Below, in pieces: positions 1 through 9,666 of a stretch of DNA of 64,000 nucleotides. The translations under genes were made by a program, and so were the position numbers. The notes beneath the pieces are model-generated. The model made no database searches. It saw only the letters and a list, made by a program, of their open reading frames with translations, and was not told where the DNA came from. How positions within the stretch are numbered: position 1 is the first letter of the stretch; the number at the start of each line of letters is the position of its first letter. This stretch comes from an uncultured Alphaproteobacteria bacterium (GTDB taxonomy: Bacteria; Pseudomonadota; Alphaproteobacteria; CAAHEQ01; UBA3637). Where the stretch lies: contig CALXUB010000004.1 of assembly GCA_944391565.1 (NCBI GenBank), positions 46,180-110,179 of the forward strand, written 5' to 3'.

Positions 1-2
1 TT

Positions 3-488
3 CGGATTACGCAGATGCAGCCGGATGCAACATTGTTGGATCGCGTGGCGGAATCTTTGGTGCGTCAATACATTGTGATGCGTCATGCGATTGTGTCCGA
101 TGTTGATGAGATGTTGCAACGTTGGGGCGACCGAGGCCCGATTAAATGGATGAGCTCGGATAACGTTTTTGCTGAATTTAACAGAACAACGAGTGAGTCT
201 TTTTCACGGATCCGTCAGGAACGTTTGACACGAGATGTAAATATTTTGTCAGCATATAAGCTGCAAACCGATCGTGTGAACGGCGATATTTGGGATGCCG
301 AGGTGGAGACGATTGACATGTTGCCGGAACGATCAGAACCCGTGCGGCAAACATGGCTGGTTCGCATGCAGATACAATTTTTGAATAAACAGGAAAAGTG
401 GGCAAACCGCTTGAAAAACCCGATTGGTTTTACGGTCGTGCGGTATAGTATTACGCCCAAGGGGAATACGACAACGGTTGGAGAATAA
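3..488 (+). CDS. virB8: VirB8-like T4SS inner-membrane protein, C-terminal part (5' end lies outside window)
   Basis: The reading frame is open from the window edge and there is no in-frame stop upstream of the ATG at 15. The C-terminus ...NPIGFTVVRYSITPK matches the VirB8 C-terminal NTF2-like signature NPLGF.V..Y. The gene sits immediately upstream of virB9/virB10/virB11 homologs. Confidence 0.6.
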   Translation, partial: RITQMQPDATLLDRVAESLVRQYIVMRHAIVSDVDEMLQRWGDRGPIKWMSSDNVFAEFNRTTSESFSRIRQERLTRDVNILSAYKLQTDRVNGDIWDAEVETIDMLPERSEPVRQTWLVRMQIQFLNKQEKWANRLKNPIGFTVVRYSITPKGNTTTVGE

Positions 489-608
489 AAACACTGGAAA
501 AATAACGGTTTGTTAATTTTTATGATTTAATATCATTTTTCAGTAGACTTTTGTTCTAAGTTTGATTTATTTTAGTGTTAGGTGTTAATCAATCGAAAGA
601 GTTCGCAC

Positions 609-2258
609 ATGTCAAAGATAAAAAATACAAAAAAATGGGTGATGATGGCAACGGTGGGCGTGTTTGCGCTGACCTCGACCATTGTTTTGGCGCAACAGGT
701 TCAACCAGGGGATGTGGATGCTGCTCAGATGAGCGATGCCATGGCTCAAACGGCGGGCAGTTTTGATGCCATTAACCTCAGCTATATCACATCGCTCGGA
801 ATGCAACAAAAAGCGTGGAACGATCCGATGCAGCATTTGGGCGAAGGGCAAATTAAGCCGGGTTATTCCCGTTATGTGTGGACACCGGATGTTGTGCTGC
901 CTCTTCGTTTGCGCGAAGGGATGATGACTTTGATTAACTTGCCGACATGGGAATTGATTGAAAAAGTCCATATCGGATCACCTGAATCTTTTGGCGGTGA
1001 AATTGCGGCACCGAACTCTTTGCTGCTTTATGCCGATCCGACTTATTTGGGTGTGGACAGCAACATGATTATCTTTGGCAGATCAGGCAACAGATATGTT
1101 TTCTATCTGCGCAGCGAAACTTATAACACGGATCGGATTACAAATGCGGTTGTGGATGTCTTAGTAGGACCCAAGTATACACCGGTTGCCGATGGCGGTA
1201 CATTGAATATTCCGAATGGTGCTTCCGTGACGGCTGGATCAACGGGAACTGCTCGTGCCGGGGCTCCCGGTTGGGCCAGTGCCGGCAGTATCGGACCCGG
1301 TGTTAATCAAAATCCGACCGTTGGACTGAATACGGCGGGTAATGCACCCAAAAATTGGTTAGAAACCATTCCTGTTGATCCGGAAAAGTTCCGTTTTGAT
1401 ATTGATGTCTTTATTCCGAACCCGAGTGATATTGAGTTAGCTCCGGAACGCGTCTGGCGAGATGATATTTTCACCTACATTGACTTTGGTAAAAAAGCTT
1501 TGACAATGACACAACGGCCGGTTGTCAATTTGATCGTTCAAGGTTCCGAAGTACCGGTTGGTTCTCGGACAAAAGGCGAACACAGTCGCTTGCTGGTTGT
1601 TGAAGGTGTGGGCGATATGGTTTTGCGCAACGGTCAGCGATTGGTTTGCTTGAAAATGCGTCGAGATCCGGCGATGGGGTTGGATCAGACGGATTACTCT
1701 TGGTCGGAAGAAAATCTCTGGCGGGCGGAACAGCCTTCTCAACAGGCACAACCGACCCCGCAGGCCTCCGGGTATGCTGCCACGACGGGAGACATGCAGG
1801 GAATGCAGCTGGTGGAACAGGTGAACATTAATCCCTATGGCGGTGTCACTGAGAACTTCTACAGCAACATGGCTCCTTTGCCTGCAAATGTCAGAAATAA
1901 TCCTCAGGCTTCTCAGGGGATTATGGATGTCATGCAGGGAATGGCTCCCGGGGTATCTGCTGCAGGTGCATCTCGGGCAGCTTTTAACGTGATGCCGGCT
2001 GACAATATTGCCATTGAGTTGGCAACAGGAACGAATATTTCTGATTTGGAGAATAAATGGGAACAAATTCGTTCCAGAAATAAAGCTTTGCTGCAAGGAT
2101 ATAATCCTTACTTCTCCGTTGATACAATGGCAGAAGGCGGTGCGCCTGAATTATTCCGTCTGCGCATTGGTCCTGTGTCTTCGGTCAGTGTCGGGGATGA
2201 TATCTGTGAACAGCTTTCTAAAAAAGGATTGATGTGCTCGGTAATCAGAACACAATAG
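609..2258 (+). CDS. virB9: VirB9/CagX-like T4SS outer-membrane core protein with extended Gly-rich linker and a Q/P/M-rich C-terminal tail ending in a SPOR-like motif
   Basis: A signal peptide (MSKIKNTKKWVMMATVGVFALTSTIVLAQQ) begins at the ATG at 609; the ORF track's start at 582 is a GTG. The N-domain pattern REGMMTLINLPTWELIEKVHIGSPESFGG...NSLLLYADPTYLGVD...GNRYVFYLRS fits VirB9. The C-domain PERVWRDDIFTYIDFGKKAL...PVVNLIVQGSEVPV...LLVVEGVGDMVLRNGQRLVCL fits VirB9. The extra ~190-aa tail ends in IAIELATG...FRLRIGPVSSVSVGDDICEQLSKKGLMC, which resembles a SPOR fold. Confidence 0.7.
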   Translation: MSKIKNTKKWVMMATVGVFALTSTIVLAQQVQPGDVDAAQMSDAMAQTAGSFDAINLSYITSLGMQQKAWNDPMQHLGEGQIKPGYSRYVWTPDVVLPLRLREGMMTLINLPTWELIEKVHIGSPESFGGEIAAPNSLLLYADPTYLGVDSNMIIFGRSGNRYVFYLRSETYNTDRITNAVVDVLVGPKYTPVADGGTLNIPNGASVTAGSTGTARAGAPGWASAGSIGPGVNQNPTVGLNTAGNAPKNWLETIPVDPEKFRFDIDVFIPNPSDIELAPERVWRDDIFTYIDFGKKALTMTQRPVVNLIVQGSEVPVGSRTKGEHSRLLVVEGVGDMVLRNGQRLVCLKMRRDPAMGLDQTDYSWSEENLWRAEQPSQQAQPTPQASGYAATTGDMQGMQLVEQVNINPYGGVTENFYSNMAPLPANVRNNPQASQGIMDVMQGMAPGVSAAGASRAAFNVMPADNIAIELATGTNISDLENKWEQIRSRNKALLQGYNPYFSVDTMAEGGAPELFRLRIGPVSSVSVGDDICEQLSKKGLMCSVIRTQ

Positions 2259-2287
2259 GTTAATGATTTAACAAATGTTGGGATACG

Positions 2288-5200
2288 ATGGCGGACAATA
2301 TTTATCAAAGCTCTTTAGAGCAACATGTCAAGAAATCTAATCGAGTTTTTTTACTGGTTGGGATTCTTGCCCTTTTGGCGTTTTTGATCGCGTTATTTAT
2401 CTTTTCTAACGGAACAAAGCAGGCGCCTGATGAAACCATCATCGAATTTCCTGACAATCAGGGGCCTGATGTGACGGTTCCTAAAACAGATCCGCTGGAT
2501 TTGACACGACCCGTCGATGAAGGCTTGAATTTACGCGCAAGTCCGAGCAGCCTGATGTTAGAGGGCGTTGTTGTCGGCAGCTCGACTGAATCGGTGATTA
2601 CATTGCGTGCAGAAGGTGGTCCCATTCAGTTGGTCAGTTTAGATTTGGCTGAAACACAGCAGGACGGCTTTGTGATTGAAGGGGGTTGTAAAGCCGGAGA
2701 TATCATACCGCAAAACGGTTCTTGCAATCTTCGGGTTTTGTGGAATCCTGTGACGGTGCGACGGCTTCAGAATAACTTAGACATTCGTTGGAAACTAGAC
2801 GATCCGACAGCTTTCCCGCCTCCATCTGAAAAAACAATGATGATTACTTTATCGGGGCAGTCCGTAGATTCCGAACCTTGTGTGATTTGTGAAGACGTTA
2901 TTTCCGATAACGAAGCGAAAGAGCGTGAACGGCGATTGGGTGTTTTGGATCCTGAAACAGGCATGTATACCAAAGATGGTGAAATTGTCGGAATTATTGA
3001 GCCGGAAAAAATTGCCATCGCTTTGGACGGTACGCTGTTGGGTCAAATTTTAAAAGACACAAGCGAAGTCGTGGATGATCAAGGCAAAGTCATCGGTCGT
3101 ATTCTGCAGGATGATACGATTGTCAGCAAAGATCTGAAGGTTTTGGGTGCTGCTTTACCGCTTTTGCCGGTCTTGGACAGCACCGGTCAAGTAGTCGGTT
3201 CCTTGATTTCGGACGGGACAGTGGTTGATGCTAATCAAAAATTGGTCGGTTTGCCGATGGCTGATGGAACAATCGTCGGATTGGACGGACGGATTGTCGG
3301 GTCTGTCATGCCATGGGCCGTGGTGTTGAATTTGTCTTCTCAAGTCGTTGGTATTACGCAAAAAGACGGTTCTGTTATCAATATTGAAAAACAAAAAATC
3401 GGTCGAATCTTGCCGGGTGGTCTTGCCGTGAATGCGACAGGAAATATCATCGGCGGTGTTGTGCCTAAGGGATTGGCTATCGGTTATGGTTGTCACTCGC
3501 TGGGGAAAGTTCGTCCGAACGGAAAAATCATGAACGCCTTTGAGCAGCAGGTCGGTTATGTGACGATTGACGGGCTGGTTATGGATATGGGGGCTGTGCC
3601 AACCGGTATGGTTGTCCGCGAAGGTTTGGTGATTGATACGCAGGGCAACGTCATTGCTTTTGTCAATTCTGAAGGAAAAGCCATTACGGCCACAGCAGAT
3701 ATGCTGGGTTGTTTAAATCCTGACGGGACGGTTGCCGCCGGTAAAGACATTAAGGGAGCCGTTATGCCGCGCGGTCGTGTGGTCGGTTATGATTTGCAGG
3801 TTCAGGGTATCGTTTTACCTAACGGATCTGTGGTTAAACAAACGGGCGATGCGGTTGGTAAAGTTTTGTCAACCGGTTATGTTGTAGACATCAACAATAA
3901 AGTCTTTGGAGCGGTTGTGCCGAAAGGAACAGCAATTGCACAGGGCTGCGTTTTGTTGGGTATTATTGATTTGGATGGTCGTGTTTTGGATACTGCCGCC
4001 AAGCAAGTCGGAACAGTCAATCCCGATAAAAACGTTATGAATCAGGCGCGTGAGATTATCGGTGCTGTGACACCTGCCGGTGCGGTCGTGGGAATAGACG
4101 GTAAAATGATCGGCATTGTGCGTCCGGATGGTAAGGTCGTGGATAAAACAGGTCAGGTTATCGGCTGTGTCAACCCGGATGGCAGCGTTGTTAATGACAA
4201 GGGCGAAATAATCGGTCGAGTTGTTTCAATCGGTGGTGTTGTCTTGGACGAAAACGGTAATCCGACAGGCTGGACGGTTATCGGGACGGATGTCTATGAT
4301 GAAAACGGTCGCAAAGTCGGGACATTGATTGACGGTAAAGTCGTTAATGAACGGGGCGAGATTATCGGATTTATTCCACCGGACGGCATTATTGTTTCGC
4401 CGGAAGGACGCTTTTTGGGTCGCTTTACCAGCAAAACGGGTTATGCTGTGGATCAGGAAGGCAATCGCTTTGGCCGTGTTTTGCCTGATTTGACGGCGGT
4501 CAGTTTGGAAAAAAGCGAAATTATCGGTGCGTTGATTCCCGACGGCAGTCAGGTGATTAACATCAACGGTGAACGGATCGGTTCTATTCAGGCTGACGGC
4601 ACGGTGATTGATGTCAATTTGCAGCCGATGGGGATTATTCGTGCGGATGGATCTGTCGTGAATGCGGATGGTGTTATTTTGGGCGGTCTGATGCCGACCG
4701 GAACGGTTTTGGATTGGAACGGCACTGTCATCGGAAGTGTTCAGGGCAGCGGTAAGGTGATTTCGTCTTCTCAGACAGATATCGGGACTGTTCAGTTAAA
4801 CAGAACGGTGATTGATACGAACGGAAATGTGGTCGGTATGGTCTTTCCGGAAGCATCTATTCCTTTGGGTGAAAACGGTGAGCTGTTGGGCTTTTTGACC
4901 ATTAACGGAGACGTGAATAAAGACGGGAAAAAAATTGCTCATATGACGGCGGCCGGAACAATCTTTAATGAAGCCGGCGATGTGGCGGGCAGTTTGGTTC
5001 GTTTAGGGTCCGTAATGGGCAACAATAAAGAAATTCGCGGCTGGCTTTCTTTCCAAGGTAAATTGAACAATGTGGAAGGCAAACCAATCGGCTCTGTCAT
5101 GCCTGACGGATATGCCGTTAATGAAGAAGGCATGCAAATTGGGCACATCATTCCGCGTCAGACGGTCACGGATTTAAAAGGTGCCTTTGTCGGGACAGTC

Positions 5201-8200
5201 TCTGTCGACGGTCGTGTTTTGGGCCGGACTGGCGAAGTTTTAGGCGCATTCCCGTTTGACAATCGAATGATGAATGAAAACAACGTTTGGGTTGGTCGCG
5301 TTCTGCCTGCCGGATTGGCTTTGGACCCGGCCGGCGTATTCCTGGGCTACACACGTTATGACGGAGCTGTGGTTAACAACCGCGGTCAGTTGATTGGAAC
5401 GATTGCATCCGATAACCGTTTGTTGAATGCTGATGGAGAAGTGCTGGGACAATATATACCCTATGGTGCACTGGTCTTTGATCAAAAAGGAAAAGTGCTG
5501 GGTTCTATGGGCTTTGACGGCAAAGTTCGTAATGCCAAAGGCGGCGAGTTAGGCATCTTGATCGGGACGACGGTTGTGGATTCCAACAATAATGTCGTCG
5601 GTCAAGTGATGATCCCGGGCTATGCTTTGAACGAACAAGGTAAAGTGACTGGTCACATCTTCCCGAATGCAACTGTTTTGCGGAAGACAGATACCGAAAC
5701 GCTGCGTGATACCTATACAACCAGCCAGAGAATCGTCAATCGAGATCGACAGATCGTGGGTGGTTCAGTGCCTTTCGGAATTGCATTGGGATTAGATTTG
5801 GCTGTTCCGGGCAATGTCATGCCTGATGGTGGTGTAATGGGCGGAAATGCGCTTGCCGGTCGTGTTTTGACAGATGAGACTATGTATGATTTATTGGGTC
5901 GTGTATGGGGCGGCGTAATTGCTCCGAACGTTATTGTGTCAAAAGACGGTCATGTGGTCGGGTCTACATCAGTTTCTAATGCCATTAACGATATGCAGGG
6001 GACAAAGTTGGGAACGTTAATGCCTTTTGGTTCTGTTTTGACAACACAAAACGAATTGATCGGTTTGACGATGCCGACAGGTGTGGCTGTGAACGATTTT
6101 GCGAAAAAGCTGGGCTTTGTGGCTTCTGACGGTTCTGTTGTCAGTGCCGGCGGTGCTTTAGCCGGTCGGGCGATGCAGGACGGAACGATTGTTCAGCTGT
6201 TGACACGTGATGTTTATGGAACCATGCCGGATATCGGGGATGTTGTAGCCAGTGGTGTTGCAATCGGCTTGAAACCGGAATTATTCGGTCGAGCAATGCC
6301 TTCCGGAGATGTATTGAATAACTCTAATGAAACAATCGCTCAGATTTTGGATGATGCAACTTTGTTAGGCAAAGACGGTAATTTGGCCGGGGCACTGGTT
6401 GCTTGGCGCACGGCGATTGATCATCAAACAAACGTTATCGGAAATACAACCGGAGACGGAAATGTGACAAGCATTCAAGGCAATGTCATCGGTCATTTGG
6501 CTTCGAACGGAGCGGTGAAGGGGTCGCATGCGTTGAAGACACTGGGCGCGGTTATTCCGAATAATTTGGTGACGGATAACCAATGCCGAATTGTTGGTCA
6601 AGTTCGTTATGACGGACGTGTGATTGACGGTAATGGTCAAGTTGTCGCGGTGTTAAATCTGGATGGTTCTGCTGTTTCTCTGCAGGGAGCTAATGTCGGA
6701 GGCGTTGTTCAGAAAGGTTCTGTCATTGCACAAGATGGTACGCTTTTGGGGCGGACACTTCCGGATGCAGATGTCGTGGATTTAAGCGGTGTTTCCATCG
6801 GATGTTCTTTGTTCGACGGAACAGTGATTGACCATGATGGCAATGTCATTGGTCAAGTGTTAAAACGCGGCGTTGTCGTTGACGAAAATGGAAATGTGAT
6901 TGGTCGTGTGCTGCGTAATGGCCAGGTTGTTAACAGCAAAGGCGAAGTCATCGGTAAAGTACTGGGTGATGGCACGGTTGTCGATGAAAATGGCAATGTG
7001 CTGGGTCGTGTGATGGACTTGAAAAAAGAACAGTTGTTGTTTGATGAAAACGGCAAAATTACAGGGACGATGGACAAGGCTGGTCGTGTCTTTGATACAA
7101 AGGGCAAGCATTTGTTCACGGTCGGAGCTGATGGCACGCTGTATGATCCGAACGGCAACATTATCGGTCGAATTGATGATGACGGCAATATTTATGACAA
7201 TGCTGGCAACATCATCGGTAAAGTGGGTAAGGACGGAATTACATCCATGCCGAATTACTTGTATGACGCAGATGGCAATATCATCGGTTATATTAAGGAC
7301 GGTAAGGTCTTTAACACCAATGGCGAACAGATCGGTGAGGTATTGCCGGACGGCACGATTATGATTAACGGTAAACCATGGGGGCGCATTAACCCGGATG
7401 GCAGTATTACATTGTTCGGAGATGAAAGCTGTGAAAACAGTCAATATAACGGAAGCGTCACGGACAATGCCGGTAATCTGTTATACACAATCAAATGTGG
7501 CCGTGTTTATGATGCAAATGGTAATTTAATTGGGACCATTGATGAAAATGGCATTATTCGTGATCTGAACGGGAATATTATCGGAAGGATCGACGAATAC
7601 GGCAATTTATTAGATGCAAACGGCAATATTATCGGCAAGTGGACACCGGATGCAGTTGATTGCCTGCACGCGCAATACAATGGTTCTGTGCATGATAATA
7701 ACGGCAAGCTGCTTTATACCATTAAATGCGGTAAAGTTTATGATGCCAAAGGCAATCTGATCGGAACAATTGACGGCAATGGCGTCATTCGTGATTTGAA
7801 TGGCAATGTGATTGGTCGTATTGATGAGAATGGCAATTTGCTGGATCCGAATGGGAATATCATCGGAAAATGGACTTCAGATGATAATTGTATGAACGCC
7901 CAGTATAACGGAACGGTTCGGGATAATCAGGGACACGTTCTTTATACGATTAAGTGCGGGTATGTTTATGACGCTGAAGGCAACTTGATCGGAACGATCG
8001 ATGCAAATGGTGTTATTCGAGATCTGAACGGAAATGTGATCGGAACTTTACGTGATGGCGTTTTGTATGATCCAAATGGTAATCCGATTGGCAGATGGTC
8101 TCCTGAAAGCGGTGCAACGGGTTTTGTTTCCGGACGTAATTTGTTGGAAGGAACCGGTCTGGGGACTGGCGGATTGAACTTAAGCGGTCGCCGAATTGCC

Positions 8201-9655
8201 ATTGGGGATAAAGAGTTTATGGTTTTACCGGATAATTCCATTATTAACCCAATGACAGGTGCCGTGATTGGTCAGTTGAAAAACGGTGTGCCTTATTCCT
8301 TATCCAATAATTTGTTGGCTGATGAATTAGGAACCGGTACGGATCAAAAGTTCACGGGACAGGAGATTCTTCAATTCTCACCGGAACAGGCTGTTCAGAT
8401 GCGTAATTTGCTGGCAAAACGGCGTGAAAGCATGAAACAGGGGATTGGGTCTCAGTTGTCTAAAATTACTCCGGATGGACGTGTTTTGGCACGGGCCAAG
8501 AAAAAACAAGCCAAAGATTTTGGTTCGAAAAGTGTTTCAAGTTGGCCTGTGGACATGAGTCGCATGATTTTGAAAGACAAAGCGATACCAGCAGTGTTGC
8601 AGCGTTCGATTGACAGCCGTTATATGTCTGTTCCCGCATCTGCGATTGTGGAACGTCATGTTTATGCGGAAGATGGTCGAAACATTATTATTCCGGCCGG
8701 CAGTAAGTTGATTGGGTCTGTGACAGGAAGCCCGGGGACGAACCATGTGGCTAAGTTGGAGATTTCTTGGGAACGGCTCATTCGACCGGACGGCGGCTCC
8801 TTCACGCTTCAGGCGATCTCAGGTGACGCGCAGGGACGCGGTGGTGTGGCTGCATACCTGGATGAAATGTTCCTGGCTCGCTATGGCAAGCCGATTTTAC
8901 AGTCCACGATGGTTTCTGCAATCAGCTATTTGGTAGCTTCGGATGAGACAGTCACTCAAAATCAGAACTACGGGACATCTTCCCAATCTGATCGGGCTCA
9001 GGCTGCTCAAGAGGCGCGCGAGAACTTTATCGACGATATGGAAATGATTTTCAATCAATTGATTGAAGATTCTTCTACGACACCGCCGGTTGTCTTTGTG
9101 CCTTCGGGAACGCGAATGACGATTTTCGCTATGGAAGATTTGTGGCTGAGAACCGAAGAGGATGACGTAGATGACTATGAAGCTGAAATGGGCGCCGACA
9201 CAACGGAGGCCAGGACACCTGGTCAACAATACGGTATGGCTCAACGTCCTGTAGGCGGGTCACGGGGCGGAGCTGCTTCAACGGCGGAAATTTCTTCACC
9301 GGCTCAGCAGAATACATTTACCCCGACCGATGATATGTATTATGATCCGGGTTATACGGGAGACGGAGAAACACAAACCGCCATCGGCACAAATCAGGCA
9401 GACGGTTCGCAGACACTTTATGAACCGACGCCCGCATCAACTCAGTCATCTTCATCTCAAACAGCAAGTTCGACGAATGCAAATACCTCTGGCGGTCGTC
9501 CGATGACATTGGAAGAGCTGTATAATTCTCAACAGGGATTGAGTTCTTACTCATCCGATACAGATAACAACCGGATTGCGGCTCCGTTGCAACAGCGACA
9601 GCGAACAACGTCTCAGGGAGGAGGTTCTTCTTCCTCTTCCTTGGAACTGTTCTAG
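2288..9655 (+). CDS. virB10: Giant VirB10/TrbI-family protein (CagY-like): N-terminal TM anchor, ~1700-aa repetitive spacer, C-terminal VirB10 beta-barrel domain, disordered S/T/Q-rich tail
   Basis: N-terminus KKSNRVFLLVGILALLAFLIALFIF is a single TM helix as in VirB10. A C-terminal segment (nt ~8490-9160) reads IPAVLQRSIDSRYMSVPASAIVERHVYAEDGRNIIIPAGSKLIGSVTG...AKLEISWERLIRPDGGSFTLQAISGDAQGRGGVAAYLDEMF...PPVVFVPSGTRMTIFAMEDLWL, which matches the TrbI/VirB10 C-domain pattern. Between the TM helix and this domain lie hundreds of degenerate ~15-aa DG.V[VI]D.NG.V[IL]G.V units. It is a single uninterrupted 2455-codon ORF. Confidence 0.75.
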   Translation: MADNIYQSSLEQHVKKSNRVFLLVGILALLAFLIALFIFSNGTKQAPDETIIEFPDNQGPDVTVPKTDPLDLTRPVDEGLNLRASPSSLMLEGVVVGSSTESVITLRAEGGPIQLVSLDLAETQQDGFVIEGGCKAGDIIPQNGSCNLRVLWNPVTVRRLQNNLDIRWKLDDPTAFPPPSEKTMMITLSGQSVDSEPCVICEDVISDNEAKERERRLGVLDPETGMYTKDGEIVGIIEPEKIAIALDGTLLGQILKDTSEVVDDQGKVIGRILQDDTIVSKDLKVLGAALPLLPVLDSTGQVVGSLISDGTVVDANQKLVGLPMADGTIVGLDGRIVGSVMPWAVVLNLSSQVVGITQKDGSVINIEKQKIGRILPGGLAVNATGNIIGGVVPKGLAIGYGCHSLGKVRPNGKIMNAFEQQVGYVTIDGLVMDMGAVPTGMVVREGLVIDTQGNVIAFVNSEGKAITATADMLGCLNPDGTVAAGKDIKGAVMPRGRVVGYDLQVQGIVLPNGSVVKQTGDAVGKVLSTGYVVDINNKVFGAVVPKGTAIAQGCVLLGIIDLDGRVLDTAAKQVGTVNPDKNVMNQAREIIGAVTPAGAVVGIDGKMIGIVRPDGKVVDKTGQVIGCVNPDGSVVNDKGEIIGRVVSIGGVVLDENGNPTGWTVIGTDVYDENGRKVGTLIDGKVVNERGEIIGFIPPDGIIVSPEGRFLGRFTSKTGYAVDQEGNRFGRVLPDLTAVSLEKSEIIGALIPDGSQVININGERIGSIQADGTVIDVNLQPMGIIRADGSVVNADGVILGGLMPTGTVLDWNGTVIGSVQGSGKVISSSQTDIGTVQLNRTVIDTNGNVVGMVFPEASIPLGENGELLGFLTINGDVNKDGKKIAHMTAAGTIFNEAGDVAGSLVRLGSVMGNNKEIRGWLSFQGKLNNVEGKPIGSVMPDGYAVNEEGMQIGHIIPRQTVTDLKGAFVGTVSVDGRVLGRTGEVLGAFPFDNRMMNENNVWVGRVLPAGLALDPAGVFLGYTRYDGAVVNNRGQLIGTIASDNRLLNADGEVLGQYIPYGALVFDQKGKVLGSMGFDGKVRNAKGGELGILIGTTVVDSNNNVVGQVMIPGYALNEQGKVTGHIFPNATVLRKTDTETLRDTYTTSQRIVNRDRQIVGGSVPFGIALGLDLAVPGNVMPDGGVMGGNALAGRVLTDETMYDLLGRVWGGVIAPNVIVSKDGHVVGSTSVSNAINDMQGTKLGTLMPFGSVLTTQNELIGLTMPTGVAVNDFAKKLGFVASDGSVVSAGGALAGRAMQDGTIVQLLTRDVYGTMPDIGDVVASGVAIGLKPELFGRAMPSGDVLNNSNETIAQILDDATLLGKDGNLAGALVAWRTAIDHQTNVIGNTTGDGNVTSIQGNVIGHLASNGAVKGSHALKTLGAVIPNNLVTDNQCRIVGQVRYDGRVIDGNGQVVAVLNLDGSAVSLQGANVGGVVQKGSVIAQDGTLLGRTLPDADVVDLSGVSIGCSLFDGTVIDHDGNVIGQVLKRGVVVDENGNVIGRVLRNGQVVNSKGEVIGKVLGDGTVVDENGNVLGRVMDLKKEQLLFDENGKITGTMDKAGRVFDTKGKHLFTVGADGTLYDPNGNIIGRIDDDGNIYDNAGNIIGKVGKDGITSMPNYLYDADGNIIGYIKDGKVFNTNGEQIGEVLPDGTIMINGKPWGRINPDGSITLFGDESCENSQYNGSVTDNAGNLLYTIKCGRVYDANGNLIGTIDENGIIRDLNGNIIGRIDEYGNLLDANGNIIGKWTPDAVDCLHAQYNGSVHDNNGKLLYTIKCGKVYDAKGNLIGTIDGNGVIRDLNGNVIGRIDENGNLLDPNGNIIGKWTSDDNCMNAQYNGTVRDNQGHVLYTIKCGYVYDAEGNLIGTIDANGVIRDLNGNVIGTLRDGVLYDPNGNPIGRWSPESGATGFVSGRNLLEGTGLGTGGLNLSGRRIAIGDKEFMVLPDNSIINPMTGAVIGQLKNGVPYSLSNNLLADELGTGTDQKFTGQEILQFSPEQAVQMRNLLAKRRESMKQGIGSQLSKITPDGRVLARAKKKQAKDFGSKSVSSWPVDMSRMILKDKAIPAVLQRSIDSRYMSVPASAIVERHVYAEDGRNIIIPAGSKLIGSVTGSPGTNHVAKLEISWERLIRPDGGSFTLQAISGDAQGRGGVAAYLDEMFLARYGKPILQSTMVSAISYLVASDETVTQNQNYGTSSQSDRAQAAQEARENFIDDMEMIFNQLIEDSSTTPPVVFVPSGTRMTIFAMEDLWLRTEEDDVDDYEAEMGADTTEARTPGQQYGMAQRPVGGSRGGAASTAEISSPAQQNTFTPTDDMYYDPGYTGDGETQTAIGTNQADGSQTLYEPTPASTQSSSSQTASSTNANTSGGRPMTLEELYNSQQGLSSYSSDTDNNRIAAPLQQRQRTTSQGGGSSSSSLELF
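7430..8107 (+). repeat. Three tandem ~231/228/219-bp coding repeats inside virB10 (77-aa Cys-bracketed modules)
   Basis: Units start at 7430 (CENSQYNGSV...), 7661 (CLHAQYNGSV...) and 7889 (CMNAQYNGTV...). Each encodes C-x3-QYNG[ST]V-xDN-xG-x-[LV]LYTIKCG-xVYDA-xGNLIGTID-xNG[IV]IRDLNGN[IV]IG. The protein is highly conserved across units but many synonymous nucleotide differences are present. Confidence 0.85.
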
Positions 9656-9666
9656 AGGAGGGTGCT

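Noticed and set aside
1437-2096. 219-aa minus-strand ORF inside virB9
   Set aside because: It is antisense to a gene with clear VirB9 N- and C-domain signatures. It has no RBS or homology rationale.
3000-8107. Possibility that the regular short repeats represent a CRISPR array or non-coding satellite
   Set aside because: The repeats are degenerate and carry no invariant spacer structure. They maintain a single long reading frame whose translated units are conserved at the amino-acid level. This is coding-repeat behaviour, not CRISPR.
2767-9244. Numerous 60-195-aa ORFs on the minus strand (and some + frame-shifted ones) inside the giant virB10 gene, e.g. 6860..7444, 6853..7188, 7966..8241, 8897..9244
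   Set aside because: They are antisense or out-of-frame to a continuous 2455-codon ORF with clear domain homology. Repetitive coding sequence commonly generates long spurious antisense frames.
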